A stretch of 64,000 bases of DNA, from positions 72,726,001-72,790,000 of the forward strand of contig OX597821.1 of NCBI GenBank assembly GCA_951406725.2, in the 5' to 3' direction. Made by a program: the position numbers and the translations under genes. Source of the stretch: Octopus vulgaris. Lineage: Eukaryota. The first letter of the stretch is position 1, and each line of letters starts with the position of its first letter. Shown piece by piece: positions 12,449 to 25,533 of the stretch. The notes beneath the pieces were generated by a model. The model was given only the letters and a program-made list of their open reading frames with translations. It was not told where the DNA came from and ran no database searches.

Positions 12449-12880
12449 GTAAACACGAATATATTCTAAAAATTTCACGTTGAAAGTCTCAACATTGTGG
12501 TAGCACATTGCCTTTAGGGTGTAGAAAGAACACACGTCTTTGAACTTAGGTAAGTTAATTTGGCTGAAGAACATTTATACAAATTGCATTTTACAGACGA
12601 CTAGTCAATGTTACGAAGTGCACTCATCTGTAAAATACACAAATTAATTCATTGAGCTTATTTGAAATTCGTTATTGTAGGTGGGAGTTTGTAGAGGTGT
12701 AAATAAAAAAGAAATATTTATAAAAAATGTGCACATAAAGAATGTAATAAAATGGAAATAAGAAAGAAAAAAAATGTTACTATCGGAAACCTGTACTGAA
12801 GAAAAGAGAAATACATCTAAAATAAACACTTAGCCTAATTCTATAATTACTAATATGTCCCAGTGAGATATCATGTAGAG

Positions 12881-12966
<86 letters not shown>

Positions 12967-13539
12967 AGAGAGAGAAGGAGAGAAAGGCAAACAGACAGGC
13001 AAGCTGATAAATATAAATAGATACAGCTATACAACTGTATATGAGAGAAAATAGGTTTCACCATAAATTCCATTTTTTTGTATGGTTTCTGACTGACTTG
13101 TTCAACAGTGTTCGGAAGTGTAGAGAAACATTTCAGAAAGCAAATTAGAAAACAAATGGAAACACTGTTTGAAACGAGTTTTCTGAGAAGAAATCTGCAT
13201 CAATTTTATTGAGTTTTGTTTCTTTTCTTGTTAGGTTTTAAATTTCGCTCCTATTTTATTTTCAATTTATAACTTTCAGAATGGTAACCGGCTCCTCTTT
13301 TTGCAGACAGCAGCCTTAGGAAGTTCTTCACTGTCATTATTTTAGTTAGCTTAAGCATTCAGCGTTTTTAACACACACACATACAAAAATAAATAAAAAA
13401 ATTCTATTACAGATTCTGAGATGTTGGCATCCATCAAATAGACAATTCTTTGTTGAGGAGGTTCACATTAAGATTAAAAGAGGTCCTCAGTTGTCACCAT
13501 GGCTGCCAAAGACCAAACTCGCTATCCCCCCATCCCCAC

Positions 13540-13880
13540 TCCTTTATTTATCAACTCTGAAAGGATGAAAGGCAAAGTCAACCTCGGCAGAATTTGAACT
13601 CAGAACGCAGTGGCGGGCGAAATACTACAAAGCATTTTGCCCGGCATGCTAACGTTTCTGCCAGTTCGCCACCTTCAGCTGAGCAGAAATATTCTTTTCT
13701 ACTCTAAGCACAAGGCCTGAAATTTTTTGGGAGGGGGCCAGTCGATCAGATCGACCCCAGCACGCAACTGGTACTTAATTTATTGACCCCGAAAGGATGA
13801 AAGGCAAAGTCGACCTCGGCAGAATTTTAACTCAAAACAAAGACAAACGAAATACCACTTAGCATTTCGCCCAGCATGCT
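13540..13880 (-). mobile_element. Two tandem SINE family B copies
   Basis: Two copies of aaggatgaaaggcaaagtc(a/g)acctcggcagaattt...ctgccag. Tail2 lies at 13690-13745. Confidence 0.85.
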
Positions 13881-14312
13881 AATGTTTCTGCCAGCTAACT
13901 GCATTACTCCTTGCTTATATTGATTTGATTTTTGGGTGATTAAGAATTCTGTCTCTTGCTTAAGAATAAATTCTTGTCAAAACTAGTATGATTTTGTTTT
14001 CTTTCATTAAGGTTATAATTTCAATTAATTAAAATACATTTTTGGTTTACCATCTCAAGTACAGCTGCCTGCACTTAATTATAATTTTACAGAGCTTATT
14101 TATGTCAGCCTGAAAGCGAGTGTGTGTGTGTGTGTACACAATGCTTAAGAGTGGAAGAGTATAGAATTAGGTTAATCTTATACACACACACACTGATCCC
14201 GTATTAAAGCAGAGGCAGATATTACTAATAATCTCCACCTCATGACCACTGTGATTGATTTGAATAAAATAAATATGAGTAATGAATATTATGGCAAGCT
14301 GCTTGCACTCCA

Positions 14313-14545
14313 AAGCTGAGTGCCAGCTGAGCAGGTCACATTTGGCGCTGGGCAGGCCACACTCAGCACCAGCAGAGCAATCCACGCTCAGTGCCAGCCA
14401 AGCAATCCACGCTCACCGCCAGCTGAGCAGGCCATGCTCAGCTCCAGCTGAGCAGGCCACACTCAGTTCCAGCTGAGCAGACCACACTCAGTTCCAGCTG
14501 AGCAGGCCACACTCAGTTCCAGCTGAGCAGACCACAGTCAGTGCT
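14313..14545. repeat. 25-bp minisatellite, ~9 units
   Basis: Unit ccagctgagcaggccacactcagtt, near-perfect at 14445-14540 and degenerate leftwards. Confidence 0.9.
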
Positions 14546-14809
14546 TGCTCTCCAAGCAACTCATTAAGAGTGCTGTGATTGCTCCACAAGTTACAGCTCT
14601 TTCAGTAGATTTGTTTTTTTTTTTGTTTTTTTTTTTTTACCTTTAGAGAGTAGAGGCCTGTTAGAATTTGCGGAAGAAGTGGTAGATTGCTGGATTGGCT
14701 GACCCAGGATTTCGTTTAATCCAACTGTCCTGAGCTTAAATCCTACCAGCATTGGCTTTGTGTTTTATCATCTGGAGTTTCATCTCCATAATAATCTCTT
14801 CCACTTATA

Positions 14810-15005
14810 AGCAACATGGCCTGGAATTTGGGGTGGGGGTGGGAGGCTCATCGATTACTTTGACCCCAGTGTGCAACTGGTACTTATTTGGTTGACCCTA
14901 AAAGAAAGACAGACAAGGTCAACCTCAGTGGAATTTGAACACATCACGTAAAGACGGATGAAATGCTGCTAAGCATTTCGCTCAACTTGCCAACAATTCT
15001 GCCAA
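14810..15005 (-). mobile_element. SINE family B, diverged
   Basis: gaccccagtgtgcaactggtacttattt...gtcaacctcagtggaatttgaac...ttctgcca. Confidence 0.75.
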
Positions 15006-15401
15006 GGAATGATGATGACTGGGGGGAGGGTGCTCTGGTTAGAGTAAGGCAAGAAACAATAATCTGCTCCTCCTAAGTAGAATAAAATGTCTGTGGCAAT
15101 ATATGGGAATTTAACATTTTTTTTTGCATCAATATAAAAAGATGAACTCTACTAAAACACTTAGAATTGCCCCCTTGATAGAGTTCCTATACCATTATCA
15201 ATCTTAACATGCCATCAGGGATTTACCAGGAAAAGCAGCAAATAGATGGAAGAAACACAGAAATAAAAGAAGCAGATGGGAAAAGAAGAAACTAAAGTTG
15301 GGGGGGGGGGGTGCAAAATGGTAAAATGTACGTAAAAAGTATGTAAATAATAGTAATTTAATTTATTTTTCTTGAAATAGATTTACTATATTTGCGATTA
15401 A

Positions 15402-15623
15402 CCCTTTTGTTACCATATTTCTGTTGAGATGCTCTGTGTTTCTTTCAATTAATTTTAAATATAACAAAGAATTAGTAAAATAATTTAGTTTATCATTAAG
15501 CTAGTGTTAGGAACATAAATTGTGACTAACGTTTGGTGGACGATTTTGATTCAGAACTTTTGAAAATAAGACATTTGTACTGCAGAGCCAGAGGCGGTTT
15601 CAGGCGGGTTGGTATCAGAAGGG
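15402..15623. mobile_element. piggyBac-type MITE
   Basis: TTAA on both sides (15398-15401, 15624-15627). TIRs cccttttgttacca / tggtatcagaaggg (12/14 match), with CCC...GGG termini. Confidence 0.85.
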
Positions 15624-16565
15624 TTAAGCACCAAAAGCATAAACATTAACATTTGTGCCTTTAGCAACACCAAACATGTTTTTGGTACCAAAAAGTTATC
15701 TGAGAGCTAAATGCTACGAGGATTGATTCAGCTGACATTGTTATAGATTTAAAACTAATACCAGTGATACATTGAAAAAAGGAATATTATTTAGCTATGG
15801 ATTCCTCTTCAGTGCTAACATATAAACTACAAAACCAAAACAATGAGATGCTGCAATCTCATCGTTTTTCTATCATTACTTGACCAGTTTCCTTTTTGTT
15901 TTTTAAATTAGTTGGTTGTGCCCTCAACTTCAAAAAACCGCACTGTGACACTGCACCTTGTCAGACTCCCACCTCTCGTCTCTATCGCTCCAAACATCAC
16001 ACAAAGTCATATGAAGAGATTTTCTCAAACACCAAACAGTAGTCTTTGCTTTTACCCTTTTCTTCTTTTCACCAGTTTCACTCAGTTGACTGCAACCAAG
16101 GTGGACATTTCCATCGAGAGTGTAAGTCAGTTTTTTAAAAAAATGAAGTACTTTGGGTATTTATTCTTGTAAGATACAAGGTGAAATAACTGTCAGGCAT
16201 TAACACTACAAAGAATTTCAGTGTGAATGCACCAGTTTTCACATACCATACACAGTATGAACACACACACACACACACACACGGCAGGCTTCTGAAGTCC
16301 ATCCACCAAATTTCACTCTGTGTTTATGAATTCAAGGCTATAGCGGAAGACCCTTGTTCAAAGTGGTGTGTAGTGAGATTGAACCAGGAACCATGTGGCC
16401 AAGAAGTGGACTTCTTAACCACACAACCATGTCTGGGTCCTTATGAGTAAAGCTTTCCAAATTTTCTTCACAACAGAATTTACTACTCTCCATCTCTCTG
16501 TTTCCAGTTTTCACCATTCTTAAGAATTTCTGGTAGATATTATATTCAAGTTCACAAACAAGCAT

Positions 16566-16597
<32 letters not shown>

Positions 16598-16619
16598 CAT
16601 ACATGTGTGTGTGTGTGTG

Positions 16620-17010
16620 TATATATATATAAAGCTGAAGTTGTCTGTGTATGGCAGGTTTGGTAGCCTTCAGCTAACACTATCTCCTCCGAGACCCTGC
16701 AGCGCGAGTTGACCAAAATGGAGAGTATGATAGAAGAAGGCTTGCTCTTCATTCCGTAGAAGAAAAAATTCAAATCGGACCATGATAACACCAAAAATTA
16801 TTTACATCAAAAAGGTGCTTTCTTTTCTATGAAAATCCCTATTTTTTACGATTTTTTTACTGCTGTGTCGCCATTTTTCGGTGTATTTCAACCAGAAAAA
16901 TGTTCCCTTAAAGAGAATAACAAGCTACATAATGCAAAATTTTTACTTTTCAAAAATTCCAATTCTAAAGGGTCAAAACAAACCCGAGCAACGCTGGGCG
17001 ATACTGCTAG
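16620..17010 (+). mobile_element. Non-autonomous Helitron
   Basis: Starts in tatatatataaagctgaagttg and ends with the hairpin cccgagcaacgctggg followed by CTAG|T. The 3' end is shared with 61077-61471. Confidence 0.8.
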
Positions 17011-17469
17011 TATATATATATATATATATATATGAAAGAGACAGACAGACAGACAGACAGATGAATAGATAGATATAAAGTAAACTTGCTTGATAATTCA
17101 TTCATAAAGTATATTAATAAAATAATTTTTATTATGTAAAAAAAAAATTATTCAAAAAATTGTTATGAACATTTAATCTACATGCATTAAGGTAGTAATA
17201 GAAAATAAATAAATAAATAAGTCAAATAGATTTATCCCAAATAAAAAAAATCAGTAGAAAATGTGTTTGATAGAAAAGCTTGTTAATGTAAAATAAACAT
17301 TCCAGTTGACATGGCAACACATTCATTGTAGTTGAAACATCGATACACAATAAACATCAGAAAATTCTTCAGTTGGAAGTAATGGAAAGAAAAACAGTGA
17401 CAAACTAAAAAATTAGCAACAAAAAAGAAAAAAAAGAAAGAGGAAACAAATAAGAAAAAGTAATCATAC

Positions 17470-17485
17470 CAACTAATAACTTCAT
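17470..17485 (-). CDS. Candidate alternative first coding exon (MKLLV + phase-1 donor), or part of an 18-nt microexon 17470-17487
   Basis: Minus strand reads tctctttacag-ct-ATG AAG TTA TTA GTT G|gtatga. The unique sequence upstream (17740-18060) is locally CpG-richer. Confidence 0.3.
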
Positions 17486-18769
17486 AGCTGTAAAGAGATG
17501 CTGAAGACTGTGTGTTTAGTCTTGGAATTTAGGGTAGAAATAATTTGTCTGAAGAAGTCTGTTGTTTTGATTATTTGCTGTTAGCATTAAGGGGAACAAG
17601 AATATCACAGACGCATGTAAATTCACCAAAAACACTTGGAATATATACACACAAATAAACAGTCAATTATAGATGTATCTCAGGAAATTTATTCTAGGAG
17701 AAAACTAACTGAAGTTAGAATTGTCCCTCCAGGGATGCAAACGAATGTGTTCGTTAGGTGCAAAGTTCTAACTCCAACTGACCGACGAATGCAATACGAA
17801 GGTGTGTATAAATATCCCTCAAAGTAGTAATAGTAGTAGTAGTGGTGGTGGTAGTAGTAGAAGAAGAAGAAAAGGAACTAAAGCGAGCACTGTTTATTCT
17901 AGTCATATCAGCAGAGGATAAAGAATACTGTGTTAGAAGAACTGAAGTACCTATTAGCAGTAAAAGGAGGATGAAGCATAAGTAGCGCCGTCATACTTTT
18001 GACTTGCAGCAATCATTACCGCCAACGCCCTTTTCCGTTCCTTTCATCCACCCCCACTTTCTCTCTCTCTCTCTCTCCTATTCTAAAACTGAATCTTGAA
18101 GAGTCACAGTTAAATGGTTTGCGTTACATCTGATTGGAATGTATTTGCAGGGATAACAATTTGCAAGAAAGATGGTTGTCATTTTAAGTTTGGTTAAAAG
18201 TAAATAAATCTAAAAAAAACAATAAATAATTCAACTCTGGACACAAGCAAGGTTCTGTAGTTTTATTTTGCAGCCACTTGGTGGTGGTCAGGACTTGGAC
18301 CCAGCTGAGAAGACTTGGGTATCTGTCTTTAACTATAGCTGTTGACTGTTTAAAATCTTGTTAGTAGAATTTGGAACACACAAACTGTACAGAACCCAGT
18401 TGTGTGTGCGCGTGTGTGTAGCTGTAGTAATATGTGTGAGTTTGTAATGCCCCATAATTTAGCAGTTTGCCAAATAGAGATCAACAAAATAATAATAGAC
18501 TAAAATAGTACTAGAATCAATATGATAAACTCTTGAAGGAGATGCCCTAATATGATGACAGAAACCAATAAAAGAATAAAGGAATATTTCCATCCCAAAA
18601 ATATATTTTTTAATTTCTGAAGAATAGTTTGAACCCTTACTCTAACTTCAGCAAAGAACTCTGGAAAGAGAAAATAAATATAGGCATCATAAATTATATA
18701 TATATATCATCACCATCGTTTAAGTATATGAACATCGAACCAAATATCAATGGAAACAGTAGTTGTGAT

Positions 18770-19281
18770 ACCTGTGTTGGTGACACATAAAAAGCACCAT
18801 CCGAACGTGGCCGTTGCCAGTGCAGCCTCCACTGGCTTCTGTGCCGGTGGCACATAAAAAGCACCATCCGAACGTGACCGATGCCAACCCCGCCTCGAAT
18901 GGCTTCTGTGCCGGTGGCACATATAAAGCACCATCCGAACGTGGCTGATGCCAGCACCGCCCCGACTGGCTTCTGTGCCGGTGGCACATAAAAAGCACCA
19001 TCCGAATGTGGCCGATGCCAGCACCGCCTTGACTGGCTTCTGTGCCGGTGGCACATAAAAAAGCGCCAACCGATCGTGGCCGATGCCAGACCCCTCTGGC
19101 ACCTGTGCAGGTGGCACGTAACAAGCACCCACTACACTCGCGGAGTGGTTGGCATTAGGAAGGGCATCCAGCTGTAGAAACACTGCCAGATCAGACTGGA
19201 GCAGCCCCTGGCTCCCCAGACCCCGATCGAACTGTCCAACCCGTGCTAGTGCGGAAAACGGACGTTAAACGATGATGATGA

Positions 19282-19285
<4 letters not shown>
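18770..19285 (+). mobile_element. Family D element with an internal ~61-bp tandem array (~5-6 units)
   Basis: Unit gactggcttctgtgccggtggcacataaaaagcaccatccgaacgtggccgatgccagcaccgc, then gagtggttggcattaggaagggcatccagctg...gacgttaaac(gat)n. Confidence 0.9.
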
Positions 19286-19350
<65 letters not shown>

Positions 19351-19353
<3 letters not shown>

Positions 19354-19490
19354 GAAAGTTCACGAAAAAAAACAAAAGACGAAGACAGGTGGTGTACAAA
19401 ACAAACAGATGTATTAGTATAATGCTTAGGAATAGAAAAAGTCTTTTATGTTTCGAGCCTACGCTCTTCTACAGAAAGGGACATATAAAA
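19351..19490 (-). mobile_element. Short element abutting (TA)n with a hammerhead-variant motif (19443-19478)
   Basis: Minus strand reads cuuu-CUGUAGA-a-gagc(guag)gcuc-GAAA-caua-aaag. Confidence 0.55.
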
Positions 19491-19713
19491 TAAATATTTC
19501 TCCATTTTCTGTTTACTTTAAATTTTGATTCTTGATAAAACCCATGTTTATCTTTGTCATTACCTGTAATCTATGACCATTAATATGGTTGTATATGTAT
19601 GTCCATGGTTAAACATAGGTAATTTATACCAGTAGTATAATGGATACTTCTATCCCGTAGACGATTATTTTAACCTCTAACTCTACTAACCTTATATATA
19701 TATATACATATAA

Positions 19714-19876
19714 GGTGCAGGAGTGGCTGTGTGGTAAGTAGCCTGCTTCCCAACCACATGGTTCCGGGTTCAGTCCCACTGTGTGGCACTTTGGGCAAGT
19801 GTCTTCTACTATAGCCTCAGGCCGACCAAAGCCTTGTGAGTGGATTTGGTAGATGGAAACTGAAAGAAGTCCGTCG

Positions 19877-19915
<39 letters not shown>

Positions 19916-20104
19916 TTATCCCCCCCAACATTGCTTGACAACCGATGCTGGTGTGTTTACATCCCCGTAACTTAGCGGTTCGGCAAAAGAGACCGATAGA
20001 ATAAGTACTAGGCTTACAAAGAATAAGTCCTGGGGTCGATTTGCTCGACCAAAGGCGGTGCTCCAGCATGGCTGCAGTCAAATGAAAGAAACAAGTAAAA
20101 GAGC
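19714..20104 (+). mobile_element. SINE family A, full length
   Basis: ggtgcaggagtggctgtgtggtaag (A-box-like), ggttcagtccc (B-box-like), CORE-like gcactttgggcaagt, internal (TA)n(TG)n and the 3' tail. Confidence 0.9.
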
Positions 20105-20282
20105 AAAGAAAGCAAGAGTATATGTATATATATATATAGAGAGAGAGAGAGGGGGGGATACACAAACAATTGGAAAAAACAAAACGCATTAGAAAAAAAT
20201 TCTTCAGAAAAGCAAATTTGGCGAATGAATAAATTTGAATAAAATGGTGGGGGGGGGGGGGGCTTTCATCACAGCAATTTCT

Positions 20283-20460
20283 TTGAAATGGTAGGTTTGT
20301 TTGAGCGAAAGATTCCTGTAGCTGAAATTATAGCTCGCAGGCAGCAAAGCGTTTCTTCTTTCCTTAGATATCTGAATCTTCCTCAAGAGAACAAACAGCT
20401 TCGGTATGGCATCTCATATTTCCAGAATGTGGTGCCATTACTTATTCTTGCTGACTGCTA
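20283..20460 (+). pseudogene. Possible degenerate Tc1-like transposase N-terminal HTH fragment
   Basis: One frame reads MVGLFERKIPVAEIIARRQQSVSSFLRYL, reminiscent of a Tc1/Tc3 HTH. Stops follow downstream. Confidence 0.3.
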
Positions 20461-22108
20461 ACTTCACCTTGTCATAACTTCAAAAACCTACTCAATTGTT
20501 GAAATTCTACACACATCACAATATTCTTCTGTCTCTATATTCCATTCTCTTCAATCACACCTCTACGTAAACAACACGTATAAACTTTTCGCAACAGAAA
20601 CCTCAAGTGAGATATCAGGTTTTTAATTTCTAATTGTTTACATTTGTATTCAAATGAAATGTAGCAGATTATTGGTCGAAATGCCAGAGGGTGTTGTTTA
20701 GTTTGGTGATTAGATTGATGTGGTTTTGTGCAAAAAAGCAAATCTATTTTTTGGTAGAACCTATTTGGACTGAGAAGCGATGGTGATCTGGTAAATATTA
20801 CTTCTCAAGAACTACAGGATACACAGAACGGAAAACGTGAACAGACAAATAAGGAGATCAAAAGAAAGTAATTTACTATCAGAAGGTCTGCATATGTTCT
20901 TCAGTATGAGAAGACAGGGATGTACTTAGTGAAGGAATCGGAGAAGCTGTACCTCAATAACTTATAAGTAAATAGGGAGCAGAATGCTTTGGTTATTTAA
21001 TCCCGAATTGAGATTATTGTAGATTGCCCCATTGATAGTGCAATGGACAACTAGATGAAAGATCAGTGGTTCATATTCAGTCGCCAGTAGCAGTACATTT
21101 TGTTGTTGCAGAAGGTGCTTAGCTCTCAAATAACCGAACCGATCCAATTGTAAATAGGAACAACGAGTAACATCATAAAATTAGTAATTATTTAATTAGT
21201 TTGCAAGTCATGAGTTTGACTCCTCCAACAAGTGTAGCTAGAATCCAAGTTGCCTCCCACTGGGTCTCATCTGGAAGCAGAACCAATCACTTGGTGATCA
21301 ATAATTGATATGTAAATAATGGATCCAATCCTCTGACAACAGAATAAATAAAACAGGTGAGACTCAGAGTATAACAAGACTACAGAAACCCAAGCTCTTT
21401 GTATTTACATTAGAACCCAGAGTATAAATTATTATTGGAAAACTAGCATAAAGTTCCTTGGAAGATTACAGAATGGTTTGGTGATATAAGATTTGAAATC
21501 AAATCTTGCATGCATAAAAATTACTCCAAGAGATTTTACAAGTTGGATGCAGTAATAAATTTTAAATTATCCAAGGTTGAAGAATCATGTAAACATAGTC
21601 CTTATTCTTTCTTTTAGCTTCAGAAGCTGAAGGAAAACCTCAAAGCCTCTCAAGAACAATGGTAGGCTGAAATTTAGTAACAAAACAGCAAAAGCTAAAA
21701 TGTTTTAAACATATTTATGGTAGTGCCAAAATATATACTAAAATTTCTAACCTGGAACCAATAACTATAGACCTTCGTTCATTACCAGATGCTCAAGTTT
21801 AAAGGCAAAAATGATTGCAATGAAATGTCTAATGAAATGGTACTTCCAGTGGGCAGACATATTGGTTCCCCTACACTTGACAGCAGCAGATGTAACATTA
21901 TCAAGTGTGGCACAAATATATTTTCCAATTTTTAAAACATAAACTGAAACATTCTTATATGCAAAAATAGTTGCAAATACTGTACAAAGCTTCCTAACAT
22001 TCTCCGTTTTATTCATTATCCTTAATTAAACATGTGGTTCAAACGAAATGTGAACAAACTGAAGCATTGAAAATGGCTGGCATAAAGAATTGTGAGATGA
22101 TAAAATAG

Positions 22109-22327
22109 TTGAATGTTTTCAGAAAAAAACTCCTCTTAATGTGTGGTAAAAGTTCCAAGGGGCGCAAACCATGCATATCAATACTCGAGTGTTTCAGACC
22201 TAAGGGACACTCACAAGATGTCATGATGCAATTTGAACAAAGACATGGCAAAAAAATGTCATGCACTTCAGTGGAGAAAAGACTAAGAGCTAAGGTGAAA
22301 GCAAAGGGTGGTTATTTTGAATTGTAA
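22109..22327 (+). pseudogene. Tc1/mariner-superfamily transposase C-terminal remnant
   Basis: ORF ends ...SCTSVEKRLRAKVKAKGGYFEL*, matching the 'RL.AV..AKGGYFE' type C-terminus. Confidence 0.6.
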
Positions 22328-22446
22328 ATCTATGTAAAATATTGTCAATAAATATATATGCCAGAGAAACCGACACTATGCGCCTTACAGAGTAACGAGG
22401 ACCAACCATTGTCAATAAATACAACAATCAACTTGTAAACTTTCAC

Positions 22447-22830
22447 AGGCGTAGGAGTGGCTGTGTGGTAAGTAGCTTGCTTACCAACCACATGGTTCCA
22501 GGTTCAGTCCCACTGCGTGGCACCTTGGCCAAGTGTCTTCTACTATAGCCTCAGGCTCACCAAAGCCTTGTGAGTGGATTTAGTAGACGGAAACTGAAAG
22601 AATCCCGTCGTATATATGTATATATATGTATGTATGTGTGTGTGTGCATATGTGTGTGTGTTTGTCCCCCCAACATCGCTTGACAACCGTAACTTAGCAG
22701 TCCGGTAAAAGAGGCCAACAGAATAAATACTAGGCTTACAAAGAATAAGTCCTGGAGTCAATTTGCTTGACTAAAGGAGGTGCTCCAGCATGGCCACAGT
22801 CAAATGACTGAAACAAGTAAAAGAATAAAA
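22447..22830 (+). mobile_element. SINE family A, full-length head
   Basis: ggcgtaggagtggctgtgtggtaagtagcttgcttaccaaccacatggttccaggttcagtcccactgcgtggcacc...gactgaaacaagtaaaagaata. Confidence 0.9.
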
Positions 22831-25302
22831 CAAACCAAACAGTTTTTTTTGCTCTATAAAATGAATAATGGGTAAAATAATGTTATGCTGCATCCAGTAA
22901 AAGAAAAAATGTGGGAACTCTGGCAGTGTTGGGGCTGCAATATAACTTTTGCAAACAGTAAGGCCTCGAAATTAGAGTTACCTGGTGAGCTGCAATGGCA
23001 TGAACCTTCAGATTTTTTAGAATTTGGACAGCAGACAACTTATTACAATAAAATAAGGTAAAATCTAGCATCATTCATGATATACATTGTAGAATCAAAA
23101 TACCAAATTACTAAATGTAATGTCTACAATTAAAGAATTGCAGTAAGTCTGAAATGTTTTTGACTCTTAACTTCTGTAATCTTGTGGATCAGTCAAGTAT
23201 GCTTCCTTCATATACATATTCTCACAGACCAACGATAGAATCACCATTTCATTTCCTTAGACAATTGAGCATTATTCTGCCTGTTCTCTCTACTCAACAG
23301 AAAATAGGAGATCAGACAGGAGATTAGCATTGGTAACGATAACCACTACTAAAAATAGTGCCTCAGTGCTTAGAAATGGGAAACAGCTTGTATTCTTCAG
23401 TAGATGGTGTTCAGGGAAGAAACTAAACTATTTCATAACCAAAAAATTTTATTCAGAGTATCAGGTTGCAGCAGGGTTTTGGTCAACATTAGTCACAACA
23501 GCATTGAGTGCATAGCAAACATCTAAACTCTCAGCTTAATAGTTATTTGCTGGAATGGTGGTGTTCTCTGTGAGAAGGGTGCTATCCTTTTACATCACCC
23601 TTTTCTTGCATTTCAACCAAATTTGGAACTGGTAACATTTAAAAGCAAATTGACTCAAAAAGTACTTTATGTATAAAGAGGGGGGAACAATTAAAAACTA
23701 TGGCAGAAATTGAAAAGATTGGATGTTAAAATTTTCAAAGATGAATTATAGAAAAATTTATTTAAATTTTCTATAGGCAGTCAACCATATCTTTCAGATT
23801 GACTCTTCTTTCCATTCAGTCTGATTTCAGTTTGCCTTTGTTAAACCCATTCTTGAAATGAATTTATATACACACACCAAAACTGACTGCAAGCTATACT
23901 CACAGAGTGGTTTAGAAGGTCAAGATTCTGTCTTCAAACTCTCTATCTACTAAAATGTCATATATTTAAGAAATGAAATAACGAAAGATGACCAGAGACT
24001 GAGCTAATTAAAACAATAGAAAATATTTTTTATAAATTGGAAAGAAAGAAAATAGAAAAAAGGTTAATAGCTTAGAATTTAAAGAGTAAAATTAATAGTA
24101 TGTTTGTGATAAAAAGCAGTGTTTCATACCATTGGGGAGAAATTATGGAAATATGTAGTTCAGGTTTTGAAAAGAAATAAAAAAAGAGAAGCAAATAATG
24201 CTGGATGTATGGAAACATCTGGAAAAAGGAACAGAGTTCCCAAGAGAAACCTTGAAAAGAATTCTCTTGTGAGGAAAGTGGAAAAAAGCAACAAAAACAA
24301 CCAAAACAAACCCCACAAAAAACAACTTAATTGAGCTAAAATTAGCTTGAGACCGAGTGAATAGTGGAAGACAATGTTGGTTGGCGCTTGGCTTGTTGGG
24401 AATGGAAACATTTAAAATGTTCAGATTTAGTGCAGTGAGCAGAAAGAAACGGGATCTGAACTAGTTTTTTCTGGAACTTCATTTAATCTCTGCCTCCAAT
24501 GAGTTGAAACTTTACCACAGTATGTAAGCTTAGAAGGATTGTTGGGGGGAAATACCTTGGGACGTTGGTTGCTGCATGAAAACTTAATAATAGCAAGGTG
24601 GGTCCTAACACACTTATTGACTCAACTTTCCATACACCATCCAAGAAATCTTAATTTATAAATAATAAATGATAAGTGAAAATATTATTAAAATTTTTGT
24701 AAGGGGTTTCTTACACATCTAAAGGCGATCGTTCGTTACTAGTAACATAACTGTCACTTATAAACCCACGTGGGTTTATTTACATTTCTGAAAAAAAAAA
24801 AGGGCCCTTACCCCCACCCCTAACCCCACAAATATAAAAAAATAGAAATTTTACGGAAAGTGACGATCTTCTTCATCAAATGTAAACAAATACACGTGAG
24901 GTAAATGGGACTCATATCGAAAGAATGCCCATCTAAATTTCACTCAATGGCCACAGCTCGTGAGCTGAAACTAGATGAAATGATAAAAAATTACTGGTGG
25001 TTGTTGGTCACTTTCTTGAATGTTTCAGACAAGAAAAAAAAAAAAACACTAAATTTGTTGGACCAATCTCTTCATTTTCTTTTACACCCATGAGCTCTGA
25101 TCTAACGTTGCCACCCCACCCTCCCATTACTTCTTACTAATATAGGAGGCCATAATTTTGTATCTGGTCTGCAGTGTATATGTGGCCATGAAACTAAACT
25201 GTCAAACAGTTACTACCCAGTAGGAACGACTCTCCAATGTCCATAGTGACAACACTGGAAAATTTAGTTGTTTTTCGGTAGCTTGCAATGATGAATTCTA
25301 CT

Positions 25303-25533
25303 CCTATTTCTTTACTACCCACAACGGGCTACACACAGGAGACAAACAAGGACAGACAAACGGATTAAGTTGATTACATCGCTCCAGTCTGCAACTGATA
25401 CTTAATTTATCGACCCCAAAAGGATGAAAGGCAAAGTTGACCTCAGCAGAATTTGAACTCAGAGCGTAACAGCAGATGAAATACGGCTACGCATTTCACC
25501 TAGCGTCCTAACGTTTCTGCCAGCCTGCCGCCT
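25303..25533 (-). mobile_element. SINE family B (tail1) with TSD
   Basis: Flanked by ttgcaatgatgaattctactcct / ttgtaatgatgaatttgactcct. Confidence 0.85.

Noticed and set aside
18770-19130. CRISPR-like regular repeats (also 14313-14545)
   Set aside because: There are no unique spacers and no cas genes, and the context is eukaryotic.
18694-19183. Three overlapping 125-157 aa repetitive ORFs
   Set aside because: They come from the 61-bp tandem array in family D, and the same peptides recur at 46265-46597.
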